In this document: one piece after another, positions 28,499 through 38,013 of the stretch
Numbering within the stretch: the first letter of the stretch is position 1
Layout of the letters: each line of letters starts with the position of its first letter
NCBI GenBank assembly: GCA_947577065.1
Contig: CANPTT010000005.1
Location: 6,101 to 70,100, forward strand
Length of the DNA stretch: 64,000 nt
From: an uncultured Pseudoflavonifractor sp.
GTDB lineage: Bacteria; Bacillota; Clostridia; Oscillospirales; Oscillospiraceae
Direction: 5' to 3'
The notes under the pieces: generated by a model
Database searches by the model: none
Seen by the model: only the letters and a program-made list of their open reading frames with translations
What the model was told of the DNA's origin: nothing
Made by a program: the position numbers and the translations under genes

Positions 28499-30535
28499 TC
28501 ACTCCAGTTGAAACTGGCCGGTGTAGAGACGGTAGTAGCGGCCCTGCCTGTCCAAAAGCTCCTGGTGGCTGCCCTTCTCCTCTATCTCGCCGTGCTCAAT
28601 GACCACGATACAGTCGGCGTTGCGTACCGTGCTGAGCCGGTGGGCGATGACAAAGACGGTGCGGCCCTCCATGAGGGCATCCATGCCCCTTTGGATCTGG
28701 GCCTCGGTCCGGGTGTCAATGGAGGAGGTGGCCTCGTCCAAAATCATCACGGGAGGGTCAGCCACGGCGGCCCGGGCGATCGCCAGAAGCTGGCGCTGGC
28801 CCTGGCTCAGGTTGGAGCCGTCCCCGGTGACCATGGTGTTGTAGCCCTCCGGAAGGCGGCGGATGAAGGAGTGGGCTCCCGCCGTTTTCGCCGCGGCGAT
28901 ACATTCCTCGTCGGTGGCGTCCAGGCGGCCGTAGCGGAGGTTCTCCATCACCGTGCCGGTAAAGAGGTGGGTGTCCTGAAGCACCGCCCCCAGGGAGCGG
29001 CGCAGGTCGTCCTTTCTGATCTCCTTCACGTCAATGCCGCAGTAGGTGATGACCCCCTCCTGGATCTCGTAAAAGCGGTTGATGAGGTTGGTAATGGTGG
29101 TTTTTCCCGCCCCGGTGGAGCCCACGAAGGCGATCTTCTGGCCTGGGTTGGCGTAGACCGACACATCCTTCAGGATCCGCTTTCCGGGAACGTAGGAGAA
29201 GTCCACGTGCTCAAAGCGGACCGCCCCGGTAAGCTCGGTAAGGTCATAGTCCGTTCCCCGGGTCACCGCCCCCCGGATCCGGTGGAGGCCCTGGGCCGGG
29301 TCCCCCTGGGGGTATCTCCAGGCCCAGAGGTGGTCGGGGGCGTCCTCCCCGCACTCCACCAACTCCCCGTCAGGGGTCTTTTTACAGCGGACCAGCTTCA
29401 TACGGTCGTTGTGGGGGACCCTCCAAGCCCAACGGCCCGTCCGCTCTCCCTCCGGGGCCAGGGTCATGGTCCCGTCCTCAGCCATCCGCACCGCCGCCAG
29501 GGTCACCCGTCCCTCATCCGGCTCCGGCTGGGCGTCCATGACCTCAAAAATGCGTTCCGCCCCCGCCAGAGCGGAAAGAATGGTGTTGATCTGCTGGGAG
29601 ATCTGGTTCAACGGCTGGGAGACCTGCTTGGTGTAGTTGAGGTAGATGGTAAATCCCCCAATGTCAAAGCCCCCGAATATGGCCAGCGCCCCTCCCAAAA
29701 TGGCGGTGAAGGCATAGCCGATATGATTTAGATTCCCCGCGATGGGCATCACCGCCGTGGAGTAAAAGCTGGCGTCGGTGGCGGCCTGGCGGTATGCCTC
29801 GTTGAGTTGGGCAAAGTCGGCCTTGGCGGTCTCCTCATGGGTAAATGCCTTGACCACCTTCAGTCCCTCGATCATCTCCTGAATGTTGCCATTGACCTTG
29901 CCCAGGGCGGCCTGCTGCTGGCGGTGATACTTTCGGGAGCGGCCGCCCATAAACTTGATGACCAAAAAGGTAAGTCCCAGCACCACCACGGTGACAAAGA
30001 AGAGAAGCGCGTTGGTGTAGAGCATGATTCCCACCAGGCCGAGGAACATGATGGCCGAGGAGAACAGAGACACCACTGAATCCCGCAGGGCCATCTCCAC
30101 ATTGTCCGCGTCATTGGTAAAGCGGCTCATCAGCTCCCCGTGGGTGTGGCCGTCATAATAAGAGATGGGCAGCTCCTGAAGCTTTCCAAACAGGTCCCCC
30201 CGCAGCCGGTTGGCCCCCTTCTGGGCCAGCCGGGCCATGGTGACCGACTGGAGGTAAGCCGCCCCCGCCCCCACCAGATAGACCCCTCCCAGGGGGATAA
30301 GGGCCCTCAGCAGGTCTCCGGGACCGTGAAAGGTCCCGTCCACCAGACTGTTGATCAGGGGGCGCATGTAGTAGGAGCCCCCCAGGTTCGTTCCCACCGA
30401 GACAAGCAAAAGCAGTCCTACCCCCACCAGAGGCAGCTTTCGCCGGGACAGATATCCCAACAGGCGGAGGAGGGTCTTTTTCGCATCCTTCGGCTTGGCA
30501 AACCTGTCGTTCCCGCGTCCATGAGGTCCCGGCAT
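28499..30535 (-). CDS. Heterodimeric ABC exporter subunit (TMD+NBD)
   Basis: GSTGAGKTT, LSQGQRQ, LDEATSSID, IAHRLSTV. Confidence 0.93.
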   Translation of the reverse strand: MPGPHGRGNDRFAKPKDAKKTLLRLLGYLSRRKLPLVGVGLLLLVSVGTNLGGSYYMRPLINSLVDGTFHGPGDLLRALIPLGGVYLVGAGAAYLQSVTMARLAQKGANRLRGDLFGKLQELPISYYDGHTHGELMSRFTNDADNVEMALRDSVVSLFSSAIMFLGLVGIMLYTNALLFFVTVVVLGLTFLVIKFMGGRSRKYHRQQQAALGKVNGNIQEMIEGLKVVKAFTHEETAKADFAQLNEAYRQAATDASFYSTAVMPIAGNLNHIGYAFTAILGGALAIFGGFDIGGFTIYLNYTKQVSQPLNQISQQINTILSALAGAERIFEVMDAQPEPDEGRVTLAAVRMAEDGTMTLAPEGERTGRWAWRVPHNDRMKLVRCKKTPDGELVECGEDAPDHLWAWRYPQGDPAQGLHRIRGAVTRGTDYDLTELTGAVRFEHVDFSYVPGKRILKDVSVYANPGQKIAFVGSTGAGKTTITNLINRFYEIQEGVITYCGIDVKEIRKDDLRRSLGAVLQDTHLFTGTVMENLRYGRLDATDEECIAAAKTAGAHSFIRRLPEGYNTMVTGDGSNLSQGQRQLLAIARAAVADPPVMILDEATSSIDTRTEAQIQRGMDALMEGRTVFVIAHRLSTVRNADCIVVIEHGEIEEKGSHQELLDRQGRYYRLYTGQFQLE

Positions 30536-32274
30536 TATTCCCCCACCCCTTCCTGTTGAGAATGATAGATCTCCTGATAGACCTGGTTGGTCTTCAGCAG
30601 CTCCTCATGGGTCCCCTGGCCCGCAACGGCGCCGTCGTCCAGAACCAGGATCCGGTCCGCATACCGCACCGAGGAGATGCGCTGGGCGATCATAATGACG
30701 GTAGTTCCCTTCAGGTTTTTGGCAAAGGACTCCCGGATCGCGGCCTCGGTAGCCGAGTCCACCGCCGAGGTGGAGTCATCCAAAATAAGGACCGCGGGCC
30801 TGCGAAGCATTGCCCGGGCAATGCACAGCCTCTGCTTCTGCCCTCCGGAGACGTTGGTGCCGCCCTGATCCAGCCTGGTGTCAAAGCCATCCGGAAGAGC
30901 CATGACGAAGTCATATGCCTGGGCGTCCCTGGCCGCCTGGAACAGCTCCTCCTCCGTGGCGTCCGGCCGGCCCCAGAGAAGATTTTCCCGAACGGTGCCG
31001 GAAAAAAGCACATTGTTCTGAAGCACCATACCAATACGGGAGCGCAGCTCCTCCAGGGGATAGTCCCGCACATCCATCCCATCCAAAAGCACCGCGCCGC
31101 CGGTCACATCATAAAACCGCGGGATCAGATTCACCAGCGAGGACTTTCCCGTGCCGGTTCCGCCCACCACAGCCAAAAACTGTCCCGGCTCGGCGGTGAA
31201 GGAGATATGCTCCAACACGTTGTCCCCGGTGCCGGAAGTCAAGTACTTAAAGGACACGTCCCGAAATTCCACCCGCCCCTTGGGCAGAGGGAGCTCCGGA
31301 GCTGCTCCCTCCGGCCTGTCCTGAATGTCGGGCTCCGTATCCAGCACCTCCACGATCCGGCGGGCGCAGGCCACCGCCCGGGAGGACATGATGAACATCA
31401 TTCCCACCATCATCACGCTCATGAGGATCTGGGAAATATAGCTGATAAAGGAGGAGAGATCCCCGTAGCGCATCGTCCCCGCCATCACCTTGCCCCCTCC
31501 CAGATAGAGCACCGACAGTGTCACCGCGTTGAGAACGATGGTCATAATAGGAGAGATAAGGTTTATGCGCATCGCCACAGCGATGCCGGTCCGGGTCAGC
31601 TCATCGTTGGCGGCCTTGAATTTCGTCTTTTCATATCCCGCACGGACAAACGCCTTTACCACCCGGATGGCAATGAGGTTCTCCTGGACCGTATTGTTAA
31701 GGTTGTCGATCTTCTCCTGCAAAACCGCGAAAAGCTTATTGCATATCCGCATGACCACTCCGATCCCCAGCGCCAGTACAGGAATGGCCACCAGCAGGAC
31801 CCGGGCCAGCTCCGCGTTGATGGAAAAGGCCATAAAAAGGGCCCCCGCCAGCATGGTCACCACCCGCACCACCATCCGGGTCGCCATGGTGAGGGTCATC
31901 TGGATCTGGTTGACGTCGTTGGTCGTGCGGGTAATGAGGGAGGCTGAGGAAAAGCGGTCAATGTCGGCAAAGGAAAAATCCTGGATCTTCCGAAACATCG
32001 CCTCCCGCAGATTGGCGCCAAAGCCCTGGCCGCCCCGGGTGGCCACCCAGGCGGAGAGGACCCCCGCCGCCATGCCCCCCGCCGCCAAGACCAGCATTAA
32101 AAGGCCGTTTTTCAAAATGGCGCCCATGTCGCCGCAGGCGATCCCCACGTCCACAATGGCCGCCATAAGCCGGGGCAGCACGATCTCGCAGGCCACCTCA
32201 ACGACCATGAGCACTGGGGCCAGCAGCACCCATTTTTTATATTCTCCCACATAGGAGAGCAGTTTTTTTACCAT
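30535..32274 (-). CDS. Heterodimeric ABC exporter subunit (degenerate NBD)
   Basis: GGTGTGKSS, VSGGQKQR, LDDSTSAVD, IAQRISS. Confidence 0.93.
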   Translation of the reverse strand: MVKKLLSYVGEYKKWVLLAPVLMVVEVACEIVLPRLMAAIVDVGIACGDMGAILKNGLLMLVLAAGGMAAGVLSAWVATRGGQGFGANLREAMFRKIQDFSFADIDRFSSASLITRTTNDVNQIQMTLTMATRMVVRVVTMLAGALFMAFSINAELARVLLVAIPVLALGIGVVMRICNKLFAVLQEKIDNLNNTVQENLIAIRVVKAFVRAGYEKTKFKAANDELTRTGIAVAMRINLISPIMTIVLNAVTLSVLYLGGGKVMAGTMRYGDLSSFISYISQILMSVMMVGMMFIMSSRAVACARRIVEVLDTEPDIQDRPEGAAPELPLPKGRVEFRDVSFKYLTSGTGDNVLEHISFTAEPGQFLAVVGGTGTGKSSLVNLIPRFYDVTGGAVLLDGMDVRDYPLEELRSRIGMVLQNNVLFSGTVRENLLWGRPDATEEELFQAARDAQAYDFVMALPDGFDTRLDQGGTNVSGGQKQRLCIARAMLRRPAVLILDDSTSAVDSATEAAIRESFAKNLKGTTVIMIAQRISSVRYADRILVLDDGAVAGQGTHEELLKTNQVYQEIYHSQQEGVGE

Positions 32275-32756
32275 CCGCGCTCACGCTCCTTTTCCGAAGG
32301 ACAGAAGGGGGGCGGCTCCACGCCGCCCAAATTGTCGATCATGCGCTTAAAAAAGCCGGTAAGCTCTTCCCGCTCCCGCGCCGTAAATCCGGCCAGCATC
32401 CGCTCATCCACCGCCCGAAAACTCGCCCCGCACAGCTCCACCGCCGCTCTCCCCTTATGGGTGAGGGCCACCCGGTTCCGCCGCTGGTCCCGCTCATCGG
32501 CGGAGCGCTCCACATATCCATCCCTCTCCAGGGTCTTCAATGACACCGCCACCGTAGCCGGGGACAGCCGCAGGGTACGGGCCACATCCCGCTGGGACCA
32601 CTGTTCCCCCACCGTCTCCGCGTAAAACAGACTCATAAGCAGCATGGGGGCCCCCAGCTCCCCCACCCCTCTGGCGGCCTGCTCCTCCGCCACCCGCCGC
32701 TTATGGGCGTGGTGAAGCCCATGAAACAGGGCGCTGGGCTCATGCTTGTCGTACAT
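32268..32756 (-). CDS. MarR family regulator
   Basis: SQRDVA..L.LSPATV...LKTLERDGYVER..DERDQRR...LT.KG. Confidence 0.9.
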   Translation of the reverse strand: MYDKHEPSALFHGLHHAHKRRVAEEQAARGVGELGAPMLLMSLFYAETVGEQWSQRDVARTLRLSPATVAVSLKTLERDGYVERSADERDQRRNRVALTHKGRAAVELCGASFRAVDERMLAGFTAREREELTGFFKRMIDNLGGVEPPPFCPSEKERERGW

Positions 32757-32853
32757 GCCCTTCGCCTCCTTCTTAAACCGTTCGTATGTTAACGGTATTG
32801 TAGTATACGCTGTTACCCCCGAAAAGTCAATGAAAAAAGTGTAAACAATCTTA

Positions 32854-32892
32854 GAACAAATGTTTGACATTTGGGCCCCCATGTGATACAAT
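32854..32892 (+). promoter_or_regulatory. SOS (LexA) box overlapping the lexA promoter
   Basis: GAAC-AAAT-GTTT at 32854-32865 overlaps TTGACA 32864-32869; N17; TACAAT 32887-32892. Confidence 0.85.
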
Positions 32893-32921
32893 ACGTTTAC
32901 TTATAAAGAGGAGGGACCGCT

Positions 32922-33533
32922 ATGGCCGCACCCTTGACGCCCAAGCAGGCCGAGATCTATCAGTTTATTCTCCAGTACACCAAGGACCACGGCTATCCCC
33001 CCGCCGTGCGGGAAATCGGTGCCGCGGTAAACCTGAAATCCCCCTCCACCGTCCACTTTCATATGAAAAAGCTGGAGGCGGAGGGATACATTCAAAAGGC
33101 CGACGGCAAGACCCGTGCCATCTCTCTGCCCCGGGAGGCAGTGGCCGAGGAGCTGGATGGAAGGGAAAATCAGGTCCCCGTTCTGGGCGACGTGGCCGCC
33201 GGCTCCCCCATTCTGGCCCAGGAGTGTATCGAGGAATATCTGACCTTTGACACCGGCGGGCTCTCCGGGGAACACTTTGCCCTGCGGGTCCGGGGCGAAT
33301 CCATGCTGTATGCGGGCATCCTGCCCGACGATCTGGTGGTGGTCCACCGGCAGGAGACCTTCCGGGAGGGAGACATCGTGGTGGCTCTCTTCGAGGACGA
33401 GGCCACAGTAAAGACCCTCCATCGGGAAAACGGTCACATCTGGCTCCTGCCCGAAAACCCGGACTATCAACCCATTGACGGCGAGGGCGCGGCCCTGCTG
33501 GGCCGGGTGGTAGCGGTCATTCGAAGGTATTAA
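32922..33533 (+). CDS. lexA: SOS repressor LexA
   Basis: GYPPAVREIG, VAAGSP cleavage site, GESM, ATVK. Confidence 0.96.
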   Translation: MAAPLTPKQAEIYQFILQYTKDHGYPPAVREIGAAVNLKSPSTVHFHMKKLEAEGYIQKADGKTRAISLPREAVAEELDGRENQVPVLGDVAAGSPILAQECIEEYLTFDTGGLSGEHFALRVRGESMLYAGILPDDLVVVHRQETFREGDIVVALFEDEATVKTLHRENGHIWLLPENPDYQPIDGEGAALLGRVVAVIRRY

Positions 33534-33689
33534 AAAGGCTCTTTTTCAGGAGGCCCCCGGCGGGGCCTCCTTTTTTACTGCCGCAGGCCGCGGGCACAGC
33601 CATCTGGTTTTGTAACTATTTTACCACCACAACATATGGTCCTGCTTCTTCCATCCCACAGAAAAAATTGCTGAAAAACCCGAAAACAC

Positions 33690-33772
33690 TTGACGAATGA
33701 GCAAAAAGCGTGTATTATCACTTTTGTAACCATTTGTAATCTTTTGTTTCTTTCTCGTAATATAGCGGTAAC
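33690..33772 (+). promoter_or_regulatory. Sigma-A promoter followed by GTAA(C/T) direct repeats (WalR-like boxes)
   Basis: TTGACG-N17-TATTAT; TGTAAC-N4-TGTAAT 33725-33740; CGTAAT-N5-GGTAAC 33756-33772. Confidence 0.5.
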
Positions 33773-33817
33773 ATTCCCATTTTGCCGCCGATCCTACTTT
33801 TGAAAGGAGGGAGTTTG

Positions 33818-35290
33818 ATGGACGAACTTTTGCCTTCCCCGGGCCGGTCGGGCTATGCCCCATCGCCCGACATTGTCAAGGAAGTTCCCCGCCTTCGGCT
33901 CCCCTCCCTCCCCCGGCCGCACCTCCATTTTCCCCGGTTTATGGAGCGGCGCTCTCCGGCAGATCCCGCCATCTTCCTCACCCTGGCCCTTTCCGTCTCC
34001 GCCGCCGTGGCGCTGGGCAGCCTATACGCCCCCGCCTATCAGGTCTCGGTGGATGGGGTAGAGGTCGGGCTGGTCGGCAGCCGTCAGGCTGTGGAGTCCG
34101 CCATTCAGCGGGTGGAATCCCGTGCCTCCGAGATCCTGGGCTATGAATACTCCCTGGTCCACGACATGGACTATGACTATACCCTGGCCCTGAAGGAGGA
34201 CCAGATCCCAGTCTCCCGTGTGGAGACCTACCTCTTTGACCAGATCGGCGAGGTGATGAAGACCTCGGTCCTGACGGTAAACGGTCAGATGATCGGCGCC
34301 GCTGATGACGGGGAGGCTCTGGACGCCATGCTGGAGTCTATCAAGGCCCCCTATATCAATGAAAATACCATTTCCTCCCGGTTTGTCCAGGACCTGACCG
34401 TCACCCGGGAGTACACCCCCACCACCGCCCTGCGGGCCATCCCCGACATGGAAGCGGTCCTTACCGCCAACAGCATGGAGCAGGTGGATTACACCGTCCA
34501 GGCCGGTGATACCTTCTCCGGTATTGCCAACAGCCAGGGCATGACGGTCAAGGAGCTTCAGCTTTTGAATCCGGATATGGATATCAATCGGCTTCAGGTC
34601 GGGCAGACCCTTACCATCAGCCAGGCCGTTCCCTTCCTCTCGGTGGAGACCACCGACCGGGTGACCTATGACGGAGCGGTCCCCTTCGCCGTGGAGGAGG
34701 TCCCTGACGATACCGTCTACCAGGGCTACACCAAAGTCCGGGTCCCGGGTGTAGAGGGCTGGGCCACCTACAACGCCGACGTAACCTATATCAACGGTGT
34801 AGAGCAGGAGCGGATCATCAACTCCACCGATGTTCACACCGAACCGGTCACCCAGGTGGTGTCCGTGGGCACCAAGCCCCGGCCCAAGACCATGGCCACA
34901 GGCAAGTTTATCTGGCCGATCTATGGCCGGGTCACCTCGGGCTACGGCTCCCGGTATATCTTCGGCTCCTACAGCTTCCACTCCGGCATTGATATCGCAG
35001 GCTCCTACGGCGCCTCCATCGTGGCCTCCGACGGCGGAAAGGTCACCTTTGCCGGAACGGGCACCGGCGGCTATTGGAGCTACGGAAACTATGTGGTCAT
35101 CGATCATGAGAACGGTCTTCAGACCATTTACGCCCACTGCTCCAGCCTGTGTGTCAAAGCCGGGGAGCGGGTCTACCAGGGCCAGGTGATCGCCAGAGTG
35201 GGATCCACCGGCCGGTCCACCGGCAACCACTGCCATTTCCAGGTCAAGCAGAACGGCACCACGGTAAGCCCCTGGAACTATTTGCCCTAA
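33818..35290 (+). CDS. Membrane-anchored LysM-G5-M23 peptidoglycan endopeptidase
   Basis: YTVQAGDTFSGIA LysM, G5-like segment, HSGID, YAH, STGNHCHF. Confidence 0.92.
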   Translation: MDELLPSPGRSGYAPSPDIVKEVPRLRLPSLPRPHLHFPRFMERRSPADPAIFLTLALSVSAAVALGSLYAPAYQVSVDGVEVGLVGSRQAVESAIQRVESRASEILGYEYSLVHDMDYDYTLALKEDQIPVSRVETYLFDQIGEVMKTSVLTVNGQMIGAADDGEALDAMLESIKAPYINENTISSRFVQDLTVTREYTPTTALRAIPDMEAVLTANSMEQVDYTVQAGDTFSGIANSQGMTVKELQLLNPDMDINRLQVGQTLTISQAVPFLSVETTDRVTYDGAVPFAVEEVPDDTVYQGYTKVRVPGVEGWATYNADVTYINGVEQERIINSTDVHTEPVTQVVSVGTKPRPKTMATGKFIWPIYGRVTSGYGSRYIFGSYSFHSGIDIAGSYGASIVASDGGKVTFAGTGTGGYWSYGNYVVIDHENGLQTIYAHCSSLCVKAGERVYQGQVIARVGSTGRSTGNHCHFQVKQNGTTVSPWNYLP

Positions 35291-35466
35291 CCGATCACGA
35301 CAAGAGACGGGAGATATTCTCCCGTCTCTTTTTTGTGGGGGAGCCCTTTCCCGGGCTCCCCATCCTGCTGCATCCGCCTTCATTTTTCGCTTCCAAAAAA
35401 AGTTGTAGCCTAATTCCCGCTTTTGCGCTATAATAGAGGTGTGTATCCATGTTTGGAGGGATCTCT

Positions 35467-35790
35467 ATGAAACTTGTCCTTGCCATCATCAACCGGGACG
35501 ATTCCCGCTCCGTCACCGTGAACCTCACCAAAAAGGGGTTCTCCTCCACCTGCCTTGCCACCACCGGCGGCTTTCTTATGGCGGGAAACGTCACCGTCAT
35601 GGTGGGTGTGGATGAGGAGAAGGTCCAGGATGTCATCGATGTGATCAAGGAGTACTCTCATGCCCGGAAGCAGATGATCCCTACCACCGCCGAGGTGGGA
35701 TACGGCTACTACCCCGCCATGCCCGTAGAGGTCACCGTGGGCGGCGCCACCATTTTTGTGGTGGATATCGAGCGCTTTGAGCGGGTCTGA
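35467..35790 (+). CDS. darA: Cyclic di-AMP receptor (PII-like)
   Basis: MKLVLAII..DD, ATTGGFL..GN.T, VTVGGATIFV. Confidence 0.92.
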   Translation: MKLVLAIINRDDSRSVTVNLTKKGFSSTCLATTGGFLMAGNVTVMVGVDEEKVQDVIDVIKEYSHARKQMIPTTAEVGYGYYPAMPVEVTVGGATIFVVDIERFERV

Positions 35791-35793
35791 GGT

Positions 35794-36783
35794 ATGAGAC
35801 TGGATGCCTTGGCGGGCAACGCCGCCCTGAAGCAGCAGCTCTCCGCCCAGGAGAAGGGCCGGGGGCTGAGCCACGCCTATCTTATCAGCGGGCCCGCCGG
35901 CTCAGGCAAGCGCACCCTGGCCCGGCTCCTCTGCGCCGCCATGGTCTGCACCGGAGAGGGAGAGCGCCCCTGCGGCGCTTGTCCCGCCTGCAAAAAGGTC
36001 TTGAGCGGGATCCACCCCGATGTGATCCAGGTGGGGGAGGACGGGAAGGATATCTCTGTGGGACAAGCCCGCGAGGCCCGCTCCGACGCCTATATCCGCC
36101 CCAACGAGGGGGCCCGGAAGGTCTATGTTTTTCACAACGCCCAGGATATGACGGCGGCAGCTCAGAACGCCCTTTTAAAGCTGCTGGAGGAGGGCCCCGC
36201 CTATGCCGCCTTCCTCCTGCTCGCCGAGAATCCCGGCTCTGTGCTCACCACCATCCGTTCCCGGTGCGAGGGGGCGGCCCTCACTCCCGTCACCGCGGCA
36301 GAGGCGGAATATGAACTGGCCCGCCGGTTCCCACATCTTCCCCGGGAACAGCGCCACGCGGCCGCCAAGCGGTGCGGCGGTCTTTTGGGCCGGGCGGTAG
36401 CCGAGCTGGAGGGACAGGAGACCGGGGAGCAACTCCAGGTGGAGGCCTCCCAGTTTTTAGACCTTATCACTCAAAAAAACGAATTGGAATTTGCCGCGTG
36501 GTGTGTCTGCCTGGAAAAATGGGAGCGGGGCGACCTGGTCCTTTTGCTGGAGCATCTCCAGGCTCTTTTGCGGGATGCCCTGGCCCTTCAGCGCGGGCTT
36601 TCCCCCACCGCCGCCTCTCCCGGGGAGCTGCCCGTTCTTCAGGGTGCGGCAGCCCTTCCCCCCCAAAAGCTCCTCGCCCTGGCGGAGCTGATCCGAAAGC
36701 TGAGAAATGACGCCGCCTTCCACGTAAACACCGGGCAGCTCTGCGGGGCGTTGGCGGCAGGCGTCTATGGAGGTAACCTATGA
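35794..36783 (+). CDS. holB: DNA polymerase III delta-prime subunit
   Basis: HAYLISGPAGSGK, C..C..C zinc module, HPD, AQNALLKLLEE, TIRSRC. Confidence 0.92.
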   Translation: MRLDALAGNAALKQQLSAQEKGRGLSHAYLISGPAGSGKRTLARLLCAAMVCTGEGERPCGACPACKKVLSGIHPDVIQVGEDGKDISVGQAREARSDAYIRPNEGARKVYVFHNAQDMTAAAQNALLKLLEEGPAYAAFLLLAENPGSVLTTIRSRCEGAALTPVTAAEAEYELARRFPHLPREQRHAAAKRCGGLLGRAVAELEGQETGEQLQVEASQFLDLITQKNELEFAAWCVCLEKWERGDLVLLLEHLQALLRDALALQRGLSPTAASPGELPVLQGAAALPPQKLLALAELIRKLRNDAAFHVNTGQLCGALAAGVYGGNL

Positions 36784-37910
36784 CAGAGATCATTGCGGTC
36801 CGTTTTAAAAACGGCGGAAAGGAATATTACTTTGACCCCAAGGGAACCGCTGTGTCCCCCGGGGATCAGGTGATCATTGAGACCGCCAAGGGCCCCGAAT
36901 TCGGTGTGTGCTGCCGGGGCAATACCATGGTGGAGGACGACCAGGTGGTCCAGCCCCTGCGCCCTCTGCTGCGCCTTGCCACAGATAAGGACCTGGCCAG
37001 CCTTCAGCGCAACCGGGAACGGGAGCGGGAGGCCATGCGGGTCTGTCAGGAAAAGATCGCCGAGCACAAGCTGGATATGGGGCTTGTGCGGTGTGAAAGC
37101 TCCTTCGACGGCAACAAGCTGCTGTTTTTCTTCACCAGTGAGGGCCGGGTAGACTTTCGGGCGCTGGTAAAGGATCTGGCCACCACCCTTCACTGCCGCA
37201 TCGAGCTGCGGCAGATCGGCGTCCGGGACGAATCCAAGCTGCTGGGCGGACTGGGCATCTGCGGGCGCCCCTATTGCTGCAACGCCTTTTTGGAGCAGTT
37301 TCACCCCGTATCCATCAAGATGGCAAAGACCCAGGGCCTGAGCCTGAATCCCGCTAAAATTTCCGGCGCCTGCGGGCGGCTCATGTGCTGCCTGAAATAT
37401 GAGCAGGACGCCTACGAGGACGCGGTAAAGCGGCTTCCCAAAAAGGACTCCTTTGTGGAGGCCCCCGACGGGGTGGGCAACGTCATGGACGTAGACATGC
37501 TCAAGGAGACCGTAAAGGTCCGGCTGGACAACGCCCCCGACTCCCCCCAGGTCTATGCCGCAGACGAGATCCGGGTGGTCCGCAGCGGCAAGGGGCCCCG
37601 GCCTGAGGGCTACACTTCTCCTCCCCCGGTGGAGCTGGAGAAGCTGAGAAAGGCCACCCCCCGGCGGATCCAAGGCGAGCCGCGGGAACCGGTCGTTCCC
37701 TTGGACAGGAGCCTTTTCCGCTCTGACGCCGGGGAACGAAAGGCTTCCTCCCGCCGCGGCGCCGGTCAATCCGGTCGAACCAAGGAGGCCAGATCCCGGG
37801 CTGAGAGCCGCCCCTCCGCCGCCCCCACCGACAAGCCCAAGGACGGCCAGGGCGGCAAACCCCGCAGCCACCGCCGCCGCCGGAGCGGCGGGGGAAAACC
37901 CAAGGCCTGA
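36780..37910 (+). CDS. ricT: PSP1-domain protein RicT/YaaT
   Basis: RVDFR.LVKDLA, RIELRQIGVRDE, CGRPYCC, KISGACGRLMCCL. Confidence 0.93.
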   Translation: MTEIIAVRFKNGGKEYYFDPKGTAVSPGDQVIIETAKGPEFGVCCRGNTMVEDDQVVQPLRPLLRLATDKDLASLQRNREREREAMRVCQEKIAEHKLDMGLVRCESSFDGNKLLFFFTSEGRVDFRALVKDLATTLHCRIELRQIGVRDESKLLGGLGICGRPYCCNAFLEQFHPVSIKMAKTQGLSLNPAKISGACGRLMCCLKYEQDAYEDAVKRLPKKDSFVEAPDGVGNVMDVDMLKETVKVRLDNAPDSPQVYAADEIRVVRSGKGPRPEGYTSPPPVELEKLRKATPRRIQGEPREPVVPLDRSLFRSDAGERKASSRRGAGQSGRTKEARSRAESRPSAAPTDKPKDGQGGKPRSHRRRRSGGGKPKA

Positions 37911-38013
37911 AAACGGGGCGGCGTATGCCGCCCCGTTTTTCTCTCTCCCCACTATTTTTTCTCCCTCCATTTTGTGGTATACTAGCTTTATTTCATACAA
38001 AGGAGGCACCCCC

